From positions 15,937 through 79,936 of the forward strand of contig JAKMFW010000015.1 of assembly GCA_022425325.1 (NCBI GenBank): DNA of 64,000 bases, read 5' to 3'. Of the stretch, positions 1 through 8,904 are shown one piece after another. The DNA is from Acidimicrobiales bacterium. GTDB taxonomy: Bacteria; Actinomycetota; Acidimicrobiia; Acidimicrobiales; Aldehydirespiratoraceae. The notes beneath the pieces were generated by a model. The model was given only the letters and a program-made list of their open reading frames with translations. It was not told where the DNA came from and ran no database searches. A program made the position numbers and the translations under genes. The stretch's first letter is position 1. Every line of letters starts with the position of its first letter.

Positions 1-1
1 G

Positions 2-211
2 CATGTCTTCGGCGCCGACGACGAGCGGGCGCTTGCGGTCGCTCGTCGGATCCGCACCGGCACGATGTCGGTCAACGGCGGCGTCTGGTACTCCGCCGAC
101 GTGCCGTTCGGCGGCTACCGGCAATCTGGCATCGGACGAGAAATGGGTGTCGCCGGCTTCGAGGAGTACCTGGAGACCAAGGCACTCGCCCGACCAGCAA
201 GCGGCGATTGA
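2..211 (+). CDS. Aldehyde dehydrogenase, 3' end only (partial; not in ORF track)
   Basis: Frame 2 reads HVFGADDERALAVARRIRTGTMSVNG...VPFGGYRQSGIGREMGVAGFEEYLETK, the ALDH C-terminal PFGGxKxSGxGRE signature; TGA at 209-211. Confidence 0.9.
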   Translation, partial: HVFGADDERALAVARRIRTGTMSVNGGVWYSADVPFGGYRQSGIGREMGVAGFEEYLETKALARPASGD

Positions 212-243
212 GCAGACCACGGGTCACGCGAGAGGGAACAACC

Positions 244-1095
244 ATGACCACATACGGATACGTAGGGCTCGGCATGATGGGTTCGGCGATGTGTGGACAC
301 TTGGCCGGGGCCAACCTTGGTGAGGTCCTGATCCACGACTTGGTCGAACGCCGAGTCGAGCGGGTCGTCGAACTCGGAGCGATCGCAGCCGGCTCCAACC
401 AGGCAGTTGCGGAGGCCGCCGACATCGTGAGTACATGCGTGCCCGCAGCGCAGCACATCGAGGCGGTGATCGATGACCTCGAGCTCGTTGCCAAGCCCGG
501 CCAGGTGTTGCTCATCCACTCGACAGTCCATCCCGCCACGATCCGCGCTGCGCAGGCTCGGATGGCAACGTGGGGTGGGCACGTGTTCGATGCTTGTGTC
601 GCTGGGGGGAACGAGGCCGCTCGCGAAGGCCAACTCGCCATCTTCGCCGGCGGCCTCAGCGACGCTCCGGATGCCGTCCACGAACTGCTCGACGTCTTCG
701 GTTCCAAGGTGATCGACGCCGGGCCGGTCGGCGCCGGCGCAGCGCTGAAGATCGGCGTCAATGTCATGACGTACGCCCAGTTCGCCGCCGCTGCGATCGC
801 CCACGACGGCGTCGCAGCATCGGGCGGCAACCCCCAAGCGCTGCTCGAGGCATGGCGCCATACCGGCATGCTCGGAGCCTTGACCGAGAACTTCTCGGGG
901 ATGCTGGGACTTGCCCCGGCCGAACTCACCGGCGGCTTTCGGGAGATGATCGAGACACAAGTCGGCATCGGCGAAAAGGATCTCGAACTGGCCACCGAAC
1001 TCGGTGACCCTCCCGAGGCGGTCATTGACGTCGTTCGGTCTATACAGCGACTGATGCCTGCCGTCTACCGCACCATCACCATGGAGGAAGCCTGA
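244..1095 (+). CDS. NAD(P)-dependent oxidoreductase, 3-hydroxyisobutyrate/6-phosphogluconate dehydrogenase family
   Basis: GYVGLGMMG Rossmann motif, HSTVHP, DACVAGG, GAALKIGVN; purine-rich RBS upstream of ATG 244. Confidence 0.85.
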   Translation: MTTYGYVGLGMMGSAMCGHLAGANLGEVLIHDLVERRVERVVELGAIAAGSNQAVAEAADIVSTCVPAAQHIEAVIDDLELVAKPGQVLLIHSTVHPATIRAAQARMATWGGHVFDACVAGGNEAAREGQLAIFAGGLSDAPDAVHELLDVFGSKVIDAGPVGAGAALKIGVNVMTYAQFAAAAIAHDGVAASGGNPQALLEAWRHTGMLGALTENFSGMLGLAPAELTGGFREMIETQVGIGEKDLELATELGDPPEAVIDVVRSIQRLMPAVYRTITMEEA

Positions 1096-1844
1096 TGTCC
1101 CAACGATTCACCGACCGTGTCGCCGTCGTCACCGGAGCCGGGGGCGGCATCGGCGAAGCGTATGCCCGGGCGTTGCACGCCGAGGGGGCCAGCGTCGTCA
1201 TCGCCGAACTCAACAAAGAAGCAGGGGCTGCAGTTGCGGCTGATCTCGGCGAGCGCGCCCTGTTCGTCCATACCGACGTCGGCGATCTCGGCAGCTGCGA
1301 GGCGATGGCCGCCGCCGCGACGGAAGCGTTCGGCGGCATCGATCACCTCGTCAACAATGCGGCGATCTTCGGCGACATGGAGGGAGTCGGCATCACGACG
1401 GCCGACCCGGCGTACGTCGAGACCTTCATGCGAGTCAATGTGCTGGGCGCTACCTACTGCACGCGGGCGGTTGTCCCGTCAATGCGGGAACGAGGTGGTG
1501 GATCGATCGTCAACCAGTCGTCCACGGCGGCGTGGATGTCGCTTTCGGGTTTCTATGGCGTCGCCAAAGCCGCGTTGAACTCGGTGACGGTGTGCCTGGC
1601 CCAGGAACTGGGAAGCCAACACATCCGGGTCAATGCGATCGCTCCCGGCCCGACCGATACACCCGCCATGCAGAAGCAGGTTCCTGCGGAGTTCCACGAC
1701 ATGCTCGTCCAGAGCTTGGCCCTCAAGCGCATGGGAACCCCAGGTGATCATGTCGGCCCGGTGCTCTTCCTTCTGTCGGACGAAGCAGCCTGGATGACCG
1801 GCCACGTCCTCGCAGTCGACGGCGGGCAGATTCCCCGGATCTAA
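1095..1844 (+). CDS. Short-chain dehydrogenase/reductase (SDR)
   Basis: TGAGGGIG, NNAA, YGVAK catalytic motif, VNAIAPG; TGATG coupling to upstream gene. Confidence 0.92.
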   Translation: MSQRFTDRVAVVTGAGGGIGEAYARALHAEGASVVIAELNKEAGAAVAADLGERALFVHTDVGDLGSCEAMAAAATEAFGGIDHLVNNAAIFGDMEGVGITTADPAYVETFMRVNVLGATYCTRAVVPSMRERGGGSIVNQSSTAAWMSLSGFYGVAKAALNSVTVCLAQELGSQHIRVNAIAPGPTDTPAMQKQVPAEFHDMLVQSLALKRMGTPGDHVGPVLFLLSDEAAWMTGHVLAVDGGQIPRI

Positions 1845-1881
1845 GTTTCGGCAGCGTCGCCGAGACCGAGGCGAAAACGAC

Positions 1882-1917
1882 GAAATCCCAGGCCGGCGCA
1901 ACCGACACTGGGACTTC
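1882..1917 (-). terminator. Probable intrinsic terminator downstream of tRNA-Ala
   Basis: Minus strand GAAGTCCCAG...CTGGGATTTC stem followed by GTCGTTTT; lies between the convergent SDR and tRNA. Confidence 0.55.
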
Positions 1918-1923
1918 ACGGGG

Positions 1924-1996
1924 TGGAGGTGAGGGGAGTTGAACCCCTGGCCTCCTCGATGCGACCGAGGCGCTCTACCAACTGAGCTACACCCCC
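1924..1996 (-). tRNA. tRNA-Ala, anticodon CGC
   Basis: Minus strand GGGGGTGTAGCTCAGTTGGTAGAGCGCCTCGGTCGCATCGAGGAGGCCAGGGGTTCAACTCCCCTCACCTCCA: 7-bp acceptor stem with G3:U70, D-loop, CCTCG/CGAGG anticodon stem, GTTC T-loop; CCA not encoded. Confidence 0.97.
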
Positions 1997-2069
1997 ATTG
2001 GAGACCACAGCGTAGCGGGTGCGAATCCGAACCGACCCCAGGCTGCGGGGCCGTTCGACCGGGTATGGA

Positions 2070-2531
2070 TCAGGCGTTCACCCGGCGGCGACGCTCGGCG
2101 TCCAGCGACGCGACACGCTCGGGATACAGCATCTGCACCTTCATCTCACGCTCGGCGACGAGGTTGCGCCGCTGCACGACGGCGTAGGCGTACGCAACGA
2201 TGGCGAGGTCGATCACCAGGTGGATGAGGAGCGCGACCAGGCCGAACACGAAGGCGGCCAGGAGCGAGAGCGCAGCGAGGGTGCCGAGGAAGGCGGCGAC
2301 CTCGCGGCGACGGCGAGCAGCGGCGCCGGTCGAACGAGGGGCGAGCACCAAGCCGGCAGCGGTGAGCGATCGAGGGCGAGCGGTCGTGCCGCCGAGGGAA
2401 CCCATCCCGTGCGAGAACGACGAGATCGTGTCGGTGCGACCCTGCGACACCTTCCGAGCGTCCTTGAGCCACACGGCCAGGTAGACGGCCCAACCCGCGC
2501 TCAAGACCAGCAACACGATCGACGTTGTCAT
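2070..2531 (-). CDS. Membrane protein, GlpR/SepX-like divisome protein (short form)
   Basis: N-terminal TM ending WAVYL, SSFSHGMGSL segment, AAARRRR basic patch followed by two TMs; located between the glp/moeA cluster and tRNA-Ala(CGC); GGAGG RBS. Confidence 0.6.
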   Translation of the reverse strand: MTTSIVLLVLSAGWAVYLAVWLKDARKVSQGRTDTISSFSHGMGSLGGTTARPRSLTAAGLVLAPRSTGAAARRRREVAAFLGTLAALSLLAAFVFGLVALLIHLVIDLAIVAYAYAVVQRRNLVAEREMKVQMLYPERVASLDAERRRRVNA

Positions 2532-2619
2532 GTCGAACCCTCCAGACAAGCACCAGGGCCGGTGAGACCGGGCACTCGCTCGGACCTACCGGTCGGTAGG
2601 TCCCGTACTCCACTTGACG

Positions 2620-2649
2620 ATTGTATGACGAATCGACACCAAGAGGCAA
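2620..2649 (-). promoter_or_regulatory. Putative sigma70-type promoter for the GlpR/SepX-like gene
   Basis: Minus strand TTGCCT-N18-TACAAT. Confidence 0.5.
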
Positions 2650-2752
2650 TGCAGGCGACACATTTTCAGCCACCGGCTAGCAGCTGCTGCAGGACTGCTG
2701 CGTCACCACACTCGCAGCGTCGAACCGTGTTCACCGTCCGTTGACGGTGGGG

Positions 2753-3241
2753 CTATCCGACGGCGTCGGAACGGCGATACGTGCCGGACTTACCGCCGGT
2801 CTTCTCCCAAAGTGCGATGTCGCCGATCACCATCGACTTGTCCATCGACTTGCACATGTCGTAGATCGTTAGCGCCGCGACCGAACACGCCGTCAGCGCT
2901 TCCATCTCCACACCGGTGCGGTCGAAGGTGTCGACCGCAGCCTCGACCTCGATCGAGTCGTGGTTGATCTCAAAGTTGACCGTGACCGCACCCACCATCA
3001 GCGGATGGCACAGCGGGATGAGATCCGACGCCCGCTTGGCGGCCTGGATCCCGGCGACGCGAGCGACAGCAAGCACATCGCCCTTCTTGATCGCCCCCTG
3101 AGTGACGGCCGATGCGGTCTCCGGGGTCATGTGGACCCGACCACGGGCGATTGCCCGACGGTGCGACGGCTCCTTCGGTGTGACGTCGACCATCCGGGCC
3201 CGCCCGAGCGGGTCGAGATGGGTGAAGCCGTGGTCGGTCAT
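2753..3241 (-). CDS. moaC: Cyclic pyranopterin monophosphate synthase MoaC
   Basis: FTHLD...ARMVDV, KKGDVL, LIPLCHP, TGVEMEAL, YDMCK, EKTGGKSG. Confidence 0.97.
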   Translation of the reverse strand: MTDHGFTHLDPLGRARMVDVTPKEPSHRRAIARGRVHMTPETASAVTQGAIKKGDVLAVARVAGIQAAKRASDLIPLCHPLMVGAVTVNFEINHDSIEVEAAVDTFDRTGVEMEALTACSVAALTIYDMCKSMDKSMVIGDIALWEKTGGKSGTYRRSDAVG

Positions 3242-3242
3242 G

Positions 3243-4226
3243 TCAGCCCCCGATCTCACTCATGCTGCGCCGAGGACGGATGAAGTGCACCTGGTTGATC
3301 TGATGACCAGCCCACTTTGCCGCCACCGAGCGTTCGAGCGCCTCGGCAACAACGTCATCGGATGAACCGTCGCGCAACAGCGCCCGGACGTCGGTCTCAT
3401 CGGTGGCGAACAGACACGAACGGAACTGACCGTCGGCGGTGATCCGCACACGGTCACAGGTGTCGCAGAAGGACTCGCTCACGGTGGCAACGACACCAAT
3501 CTCGCCCGTCCCGTCGGCGTAGCGCCAGCGGGTGGCCGGCGCCGAGGTGCGCTTGATCGGCTCGAGGTCGTAGGCCGACTGCAGCGTCTCGAGGATCTCC
3601 GCCTGGGTGAGCACCAGCGAGTTGTTCCAGATGTGGTCGGCGTCAAGCGGCATGAACTCGATGAAACGGACGATCACGCCCTTCTCACGTCCCCATTCGG
3701 CGAAGTCGAGAACCTCGTCGTCGTTGATGCCTTTCATGACGACGACGTTGACCTTCACCGGGTCGAATCCGGCAGCGAGTGCCGCGTCGACACCTTCGAG
3801 CACGCGATCCAGGTCGTCGCGTCGGGTGAGTTCGAGGAAACGATCTCGCTGTAACGAATCGAGCGAGATGTTGACCCGCCGCAGGCCCGCCTTCTTGAGT
3901 TCCTCGGCAACCAGCGGCAGCGACACCCCGTTGGTGGTCATCGCCAGGTCGACCCCGAGGTCGGCGAGCTTCTCGACGAGGAGTGGGAGACGGGCACGAA
4001 CCAGCGGTTCGCCGCCGGTCAGACGGATGCCGTCGACCCCATAGCGCTCGACCATGATCCGGGCGACTCGCTCGATCTCCTCGAACGTGAGGATCTCGGA
4101 GCGAGGGGTCCACTGCATCCCTTCCTCGGGCATGCAGTACTGACAACGGAAGTTGCAGCGGTCCGTGACCGAGATGCGGAGGTCGCGGTGAACCCGCCCG
4201 AACCCGTCGATCAGCTGCGATCCCAT
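3243..4226 (-). CDS. moaA: GTP 3',8-cyclase MoaA (radical SAM)
   Basis: LRISVTDRCNFRCQYC, TGGEP, C-terminal CxxC...C cluster and terminal IGG. Confidence 0.97.
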   Translation of the reverse strand: MGSQLIDGFGRVHRDLRISVTDRCNFRCQYCMPEEGMQWTPRSEILTFEEIERVARIMVERYGVDGIRLTGGEPLVRARLPLLVEKLADLGVDLAMTTNGVSLPLVAEELKKAGLRRVNISLDSLQRDRFLELTRRDDLDRVLEGVDAALAAGFDPVKVNVVVMKGINDDEVLDFAEWGREKGVIVRFIEFMPLDADHIWNNSLVLTQAEILETLQSAYDLEPIKRTSAPATRWRYADGTGEIGVVATVSESFCDTCDRVRITADGQFRSCLFATDETDVRALLRDGSSDDVVAEALERSVAAKWAGHQINQVHFIRPRRSMSEIGG

Positions 4227-4235
4227 GTGCGAAGA

Positions 4236-5438
4236 CTACCGGAGGGGCAGGATCCGAACCTCGTCGCCGGGTTCGATCTCGACCCCGTCGGGGGCCAACG
4301 CAAGGGCGTCGGCTCTGGCCATCGCCGTGAGCTGGTGTGAACCCTGGCCACCGGCCCGGCGCACGTGCCAGCGGCCGGTGTCGTCGATTCGGCCCTCGAC
4401 CCGCAGGAAGTGTGTCTTGCCATCGGGGCCGTGGCCGAGGGAGTCCTCACTGATCGCCCGCAGGAGCGGAAGATCGGTGTCGTCGTGCCCGGCCATGAGG
4501 CCGATCGCCGCCCGGGCGAACAACTCGAACGACACCATCGACGACACGGGATTGCCCGGGAGGCCGAACACCGGTGTCGTGCCGATGAGACCGAAGGCGA
4601 ACGGTTTGGCCGGCTTGATGGCGATCTGCATCCAGCGCATATCGCCGATCTCGTCGAGGACGACCTTCACATAGTCGAACGCCCCCATCGAGACACCACC
4701 CGACGAGAGGATCGCATCGCACTCGACCGCACCAGCAGCGAAGGCGTCGCGGATCGTGTCGGGCTGATCGACCGCAATGCCGAGATCGACCGCCTCCCAG
4801 CCGGCCTCGGCGACGAGGGTGAGGAGGGTGCGACGGTTGGAATCGCGGATCTCTCCGGGTCGTAAGGGTCGACCGTCGTCGACCAGTTCGTCACCGGTGG
4901 AGATCACGCCCACCTTCGGTTGCCGAACACACTCGACCTCCTGCACGCCCACACTCGCAAGCACGCCGAGATGACCGGCGGTGAGCACGGTGCCGGCGGC
5001 GAAGAGCAGGTCGCCGGGCTCGACATCCTCACCGGCACGACGCACATGGTTGCCCTCAGAGACGGACAGGTCGATGAGCACCGTGCCGGCCGCCTCGTCG
5101 AGGGTGGTCTTCTCGACCATGACCACGGCGTCGGCACCGTCGGGCATCGGCGCACCCGTCATGATGCGGGCGGCCTGGCCAGGACCGACGTCGCCCTCGA
5201 GTGTCGAACCGGCGGCAACCGTACCGATGACCTCCAGGGTCACAGGCACCGAAGCAACGTCGGCGGCCCGGACGGCGAAACCGTCCATAGCCGTATTCGC
5301 GAACGGGGGAACCTGTTCGGCCGCAACCACATCGGCGGCGAGTACGAGACCGGCGGCATCGGCGAGCGGCACGCGTGCCGACGCAAGACGGGCGACACGA
5401 TCGAGGACGTACTGACGGGCTTCGTCGAGGGGGATCAC
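4236..5438 (-). CDS. moeA: Molybdopterin molybdotransferase MoeA / gephyrin-like Glp
   Basis: PPFANTAMDGFAV, IMTGAPMP, STGDEL, SGGVSMG, IKPAKP, LPGNPVS; GTG start. Confidence 0.95.
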   Translation of the reverse strand: MIPLDEARQYVLDRVARLASARVPLADAAGLVLAADVVAAEQVPPFANTAMDGFAVRAADVASVPVTLEVIGTVAAGSTLEGDVGPGQAARIMTGAPMPDGADAVVMVEKTTLDEAAGTVLIDLSVSEGNHVRRAGEDVEPGDLLFAAGTVLTAGHLGVLASVGVQEVECVRQPKVGVISTGDELVDDGRPLRPGEIRDSNRRTLLTLVAEAGWEAVDLGIAVDQPDTIRDAFAAGAVECDAILSSGGVSMGAFDYVKVVLDEIGDMRWMQIAIKPAKPFAFGLIGTTPVFGLPGNPVSSMVSFELFARAAIGLMAGHDDTDLPLLRAISEDSLGHGPDGKTHFLRVEGRIDDTGRWHVRRAGGQGSHQLTAMARADALALAPDGVEIEPGDEVRILPLR

Positions 5439-5447
5439 CCCGTCAGA

Positions 5448-6326
5448 CTAGAAGCCGTTCGACTCCAGAGCAGCACGCAACATGGCGGCGACGTCGGCGC
5501 CATCATCACCTCGTAGCGAGAGCTCGACATTGGCCCGGAGCCAGTCGGCTTTCTGTCCGGCATCGAAACCTGCGTCGTCGACGACCAGGCCGCGCATCCC
5601 ACGGTCGTCGATCTGCATTGCCATGGCGTCGGTCAACTGGATCTCGCCGCCCCTCCCCGGCACAGTGCGCTGGAGTTTTTCGAAGATGTCGGGCGTAAGG
5701 ACATACCGGCCCGTGATCCGAAGATTCGACGGAGCGGCCTCCCAGGCGGGCTTCTCGACAAGCCGGTCGACCGTGATGACGTCGCCCTGACGCTCGCTGA
5801 AGCCGGCACAGCCGTAGTTGGAGATCTCGGGCCCCTCGACCGGGACCAGTGAGATCACCGACTCACCGGTCTCCTCGGCAACCTCGATCATGCGCGAGAG
5901 GGTCTGGCCCCCGTCGGGGAGCAACTCGTCGGGGAGCAGCACCGCGAACGGCTCATCGCCCACATGGCGGGCGGCCGTGCCGACGGCGTGACCGAGACCG
6001 AGTGGCGCGCCCTGCCGAGTGAAGTGGAACGTCGCCAGATCGGTGATGTGACGCACGGCGCCGAGCATCTCGAGCTTCCCTTTGGCCTCGAGCGCGGCCT
6101 CCAGTTCAGCCATGCGGTCGAAATGATCTTCGAGCGCCTTCTTGTGGGGGCTGGTGATGATCACGATGTCGTCGATGCCGGCTGCGACAGCCTCTTCGAC
6201 AACCCACTGGATCGACGGGCGGTCGACCACCGTGAGCATCTCCTTCGGCATCGCCTTGGTGGCAGGAAGGAAGCGGGTGCCGAGCCCCGCAGCAGGGATC
6301 ACCGCCGTTCGGACACTCGTGGACAT
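5448..6326 (-). CDS. galU: UTP--glucose-1-phosphate uridylyltransferase
   Basis: AVIPAAGLGTRFLPATKAMPKEML, LGLGHAV, VEKP, GEIQLTDA; start reassigned to ATG 6326. Confidence 0.95.
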   Translation of the reverse strand: MSTSVRTAVIPAAGLGTRFLPATKAMPKEMLTVVDRPSIQWVVEEAVAAGIDDIVIITSPHKKALEDHFDRMAELEAALEAKGKLEMLGAVRHITDLATFHFTRQGAPLGLGHAVGTAARHVGDEPFAVLLPDELLPDGGQTLSRMIEVAEETGESVISLVPVEGPEISNYGCAGFSERQGDVITVDRLVEKPAWEAAPSNLRITGRYVLTPDIFEKLQRTVPGRGGEIQLTDAMAMQIDDRGMRGLVVDDAGFDAGQKADWLRANVELSLRGDDGADVAAMLRAALESNGF

Positions 6327-6372
6327 CAGGGGATTCTCCTCACGCATCGCCGGGAGCGCTGCATCCCGACGT

Positions 6373-6948
6373 TCATACCGTTGCTTCGTCCCGAGCCAGG
6401 AGTCGTCGAATGTTCGACTGATGACGAATAACCAGGATCGCAGCGACCCCGGCTCCCACGGCGACCTCCCACCCGGGCCGACCGGCAATCGCACTCACGA
6501 TCGGGAAGGCGATTGCGATCGACAGCGAACCGAGCGCAGCGACGCGGCCCCACTTCACGACCGCAAAGAAAAGCAGGCCACACGCGATGCCGATGAGCGG
6601 CGAGATCAGGAGTCCGCCGCCGCCCGCGGTGGCGACGCCCTTTCCGCCTCGGAGCCGACGGGTCACCGGCCACACATGGCCGGCCACCGCTGCGACCCAG
6701 ACCGCATGCGCCTCGGGCCGACCAGCGACGAGCAGCGCAACACCGACAGGCACCGCCCCCTTTAGCGCGTCGATCACGCCGACGAGCACACCCGCCCGTT
6801 TCCCCGCAGTGCGATACATGTTCGAGGCACCCGGATTGCCCGAGCCCTGGGTCGTCGGATCGTCGGCGCCCACAAGGCGGGCGACGAGCTGCGCGGTCGG
6901 GAAGGTGCCGACGAGATAGCCGGCGATGACGCCGAGAGCCAAAAGCAC
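6373..6948 (-). CDS. plsY: Glycerol-3-phosphate acyltransferase PlsY
   Basis: GSGNPGASN, DALKG, GHVWP, GGKGVAT, RHQSNIRRL. Confidence 0.92.
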   Translation of the reverse strand: MLLALGVIAGYLVGTFPTAQLVARLVGADDPTTQGSGNPGASNMYRTAGKRAGVLVGVIDALKGAVPVGVALLVAGRPEAHAVWVAAVAGHVWPVTRRLRGGKGVATAGGGGLLISPLIGIACGLLFFAVVKWGRVAALGSLSIAIAFPIVSAIAGRPGWEVAVGAGVAAILVIRHQSNIRRLLARDEATV

Positions 6949-6998
6949 GGCCCCATCGTACGGTGCCGGCCGGCAGGGGTACCGGTATCCTCCGAAAC

Positions 6999-7343
6999 GT
7001 GCCGACCTACGACTACCGATGTGAGCGCACCGGCGAGATGTTCGAGCAGTGGCAGTCCTTCTCGGAGGACACCCTCACCGTCTGCCCGCAGACACACGCT
7101 GGCGAATCCGAGGTGTGCGGAGCCGAGGTGAAGAAGGTGTTCTCGAAGGTCGGCATCGCGTTCAAGGGCGACGGCTTCTACAAGAACGACCACGGCTCCA
7201 GCGGCAAGGGACCGTCGAGTTCGTCGACCTCCTCGTCAGAGTCGACCGGTTCGTCGTCGAGTTCCGACACCTCGTCGGACTCCTCGAGCGCAAGCTCCTC
7301 GAGCTCCGGCTCCTCGTCGAGTTCCAGCAACTCCAGCGACTGA
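6999..7343 (+). CDS. FmdB family zinc-ribbon protein with Ser-rich tail
   Basis: MPTYDYRC...FE.WQSF...VGIAFKGDGFYKND, poly-Ser C-terminus; GTG 6999. Confidence 0.88.
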   Translation: MPTYDYRCERTGEMFEQWQSFSEDTLTVCPQTHAGESEVCGAEVKKVFSKVGIAFKGDGFYKNDHGSSGKGPSSSSTSSSESTGSSSSSDTSSDSSSASSSSSGSSSSSSNSSD

Positions 7344-7399
7344 CTCGACACAGCGTCGTCGATCACTTCCCCTCGAGATCCCATCTCCAGGAGTCGAAC

Positions 7400-8032
7400 A
7401 TGCGCGCCCCCGAGCGCCCTCACCCCTCTCCCCTGTCGTCGGCGACCGTCGCGATCGGTGCCGCCCGGCACCTCCTTCGCCGCTACCGGGTCGGCCCCGT
7501 CCTCGTGATCCTCGCCGCCTCGATTCTCGTCATCGGGGCGATGCGCAACGCCGAGACGACAACCGCCAACGCCCTGTCGCGCTGGCAGGCGACGGTCGAG
7601 GTCTGGACCACCACCGGGCCGGTCAGTGCCGGCGAGACGATCGAGCCCGGGACGGTCCGATCGATCCTCGTCCCCGCCGACCTCGTGCCCGACGGTGCCG
7701 TCGCCACCGATCCCCGCGGTTTGCGCACCCGCATCGAACTCGGCATCGGCGAGATCATCGTCGATCGCTGGCTCACCGACACCGGGTCGACGCACGCCGC
7801 ACGCACCCCGGAGGGGTGGCGAACGATCAGCATCGGACGACGAGACGACCTCTTCGCCGTCGGTGACCTCGTCGACCTTCATCACGCCGTCGACGGTCGA
7901 CGGATCGCCGCTGACGCGCTCGTCGTCATGGCATCTGACGCCGACCTCGGGGTGGCCGTACCTGCCGACGTCGTGGGCGACGTGGTCAGAGCATCGGGGC
8001 AGGCTGGCGTTGTTCCGGTGCTCAGCGGCTGA
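7400..8032 (+). CDS. SAF-domain (CpaB/FlgA-like) membrane-anchored protein
   Basis: N-terminal TM, VWTTTGPVSAGETI...LVPDGAV, GDLVDL; usual position after the FmdB gene; AGGAG RBS. Confidence 0.7.
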   Translation: MRAPERPHPSPLSSATVAIGAARHLLRRYRVGPVLVILAASILVIGAMRNAETTTANALSRWQATVEVWTTTGPVSAGETIEPGTVRSILVPADLVPDGAVATDPRGLRTRIELGIGEIIVDRWLTDTGSTHAARTPEGWRTISIGRRDDLFAVGDLVDLHHAVDGRRIAADALVVMASDADLGVAVPADVVGDVVRASGQAGVVPVLSG

Positions 8033-8842
8033 TCAACGCCAACCCGTGGCGAGAAGCAGCAAGACCGCGACCCCCACCACGACGCGGTAGACGACGAAGG
8101 GAGCGAAGGTACGCGATCGCACGAGCTTGAGCGTTCCCCACACAGCGACGTAGCCGGTGAGAGCGGAGGCGACCATGCCCCACAGGAAGGGCGGCCAGAA
8201 GTCCGACGGGATCGATGCATCGGCCAGGGCGAACACGCCGGCGCCCGCGATGATCGGCAAGCTCATCAAGAAGACGAGTCGGGCCGCTGCATCCCGCTCG
8301 TAGCCGAGGAATCGGCTGACGGTGAGCGTTGCCCCCGAGCGGCTGACGCCGGGCTGAAGGGCGAGCGCCTGACCGACGCCCATCGCAAGCGCGTCTCGAA
8401 GTCGGAACGCCTCGAGTTCCTTCCTCTCCGGCAAGCGATCGGCCACCAGCAGCAGCAGACCGAACACGATCAACATCGCTGCGATCATCCAGATGCGGTC
8501 GAAGTCGGCGATCTGGTCCTTCAACACGACGCCGGCGATCCCGGCGGGCACGGCGCTGGCGACGAGGAACCAGGCGACCTTGCCGTCGGTGCCGAGTGGT
8601 CGACCGCGAAGCGGGCCGAAACCGGCGGTTACGTACGTGACGACATCGCGCCGCAGGTAGGCGATCGCGCCGACCAGCGTGCCGAGGTGCACTGCGACAT
8701 CGAACGCCGTCTCGAGATCCTCATCGAGTGCGTCCCAGCCGAACAGCCAGCGGGTCAACTCAAGATGCCCGCTCGATGAGATCGGCAGGAATTCCGAAAG
8801 ACCCTGGACGATGCCGAGCACGATCGCGTGGAGGATCTCCAT
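8033..8842 (-). CDS. uppP: Undecaprenyl-diphosphate phosphatase
   Basis: LGIVQGLSEFLPISSSGH, PGVSRSG. Confidence 0.96.
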   Translation of the reverse strand: MEILHAIVLGIVQGLSEFLPISSSGHLELTRWLFGWDALDEDLETAFDVAVHLGTLVGAIAYLRRDVVTYVTAGFGPLRGRPLGTDGKVAWFLVASAVPAGIAGVVLKDQIADFDRIWMIAAMLIVFGLLLLVADRLPERKELEAFRLRDALAMGVGQALALQPGVSRSGATLTVSRFLGYERDAAARLVFLMSLPIIAGAGVFALADASIPSDFWPPFLWGMVASALTGYVAVWGTLKLVRSRTFAPFVVYRVVVGVAVLLLLATGWR

Positions 8843-8904
8843 GATGTCGCTCCCATCGACGGCGAAACGCCCGATGTCGGGCGCCTGAAGTCAGCCTGCT
8901 GAGA

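Noticed and set aside
1845..2069. tRNA-Ala as an integration site for a genomic island
   Set aside because: No integrase, no duplicated tRNA 3' end and no compositional shift seen in the window
7196..7343. Low-complexity TCG/TCC/AGC repeat region
   Set aside because: Simply encodes the Ser-rich tail usual in FmdB-family proteins
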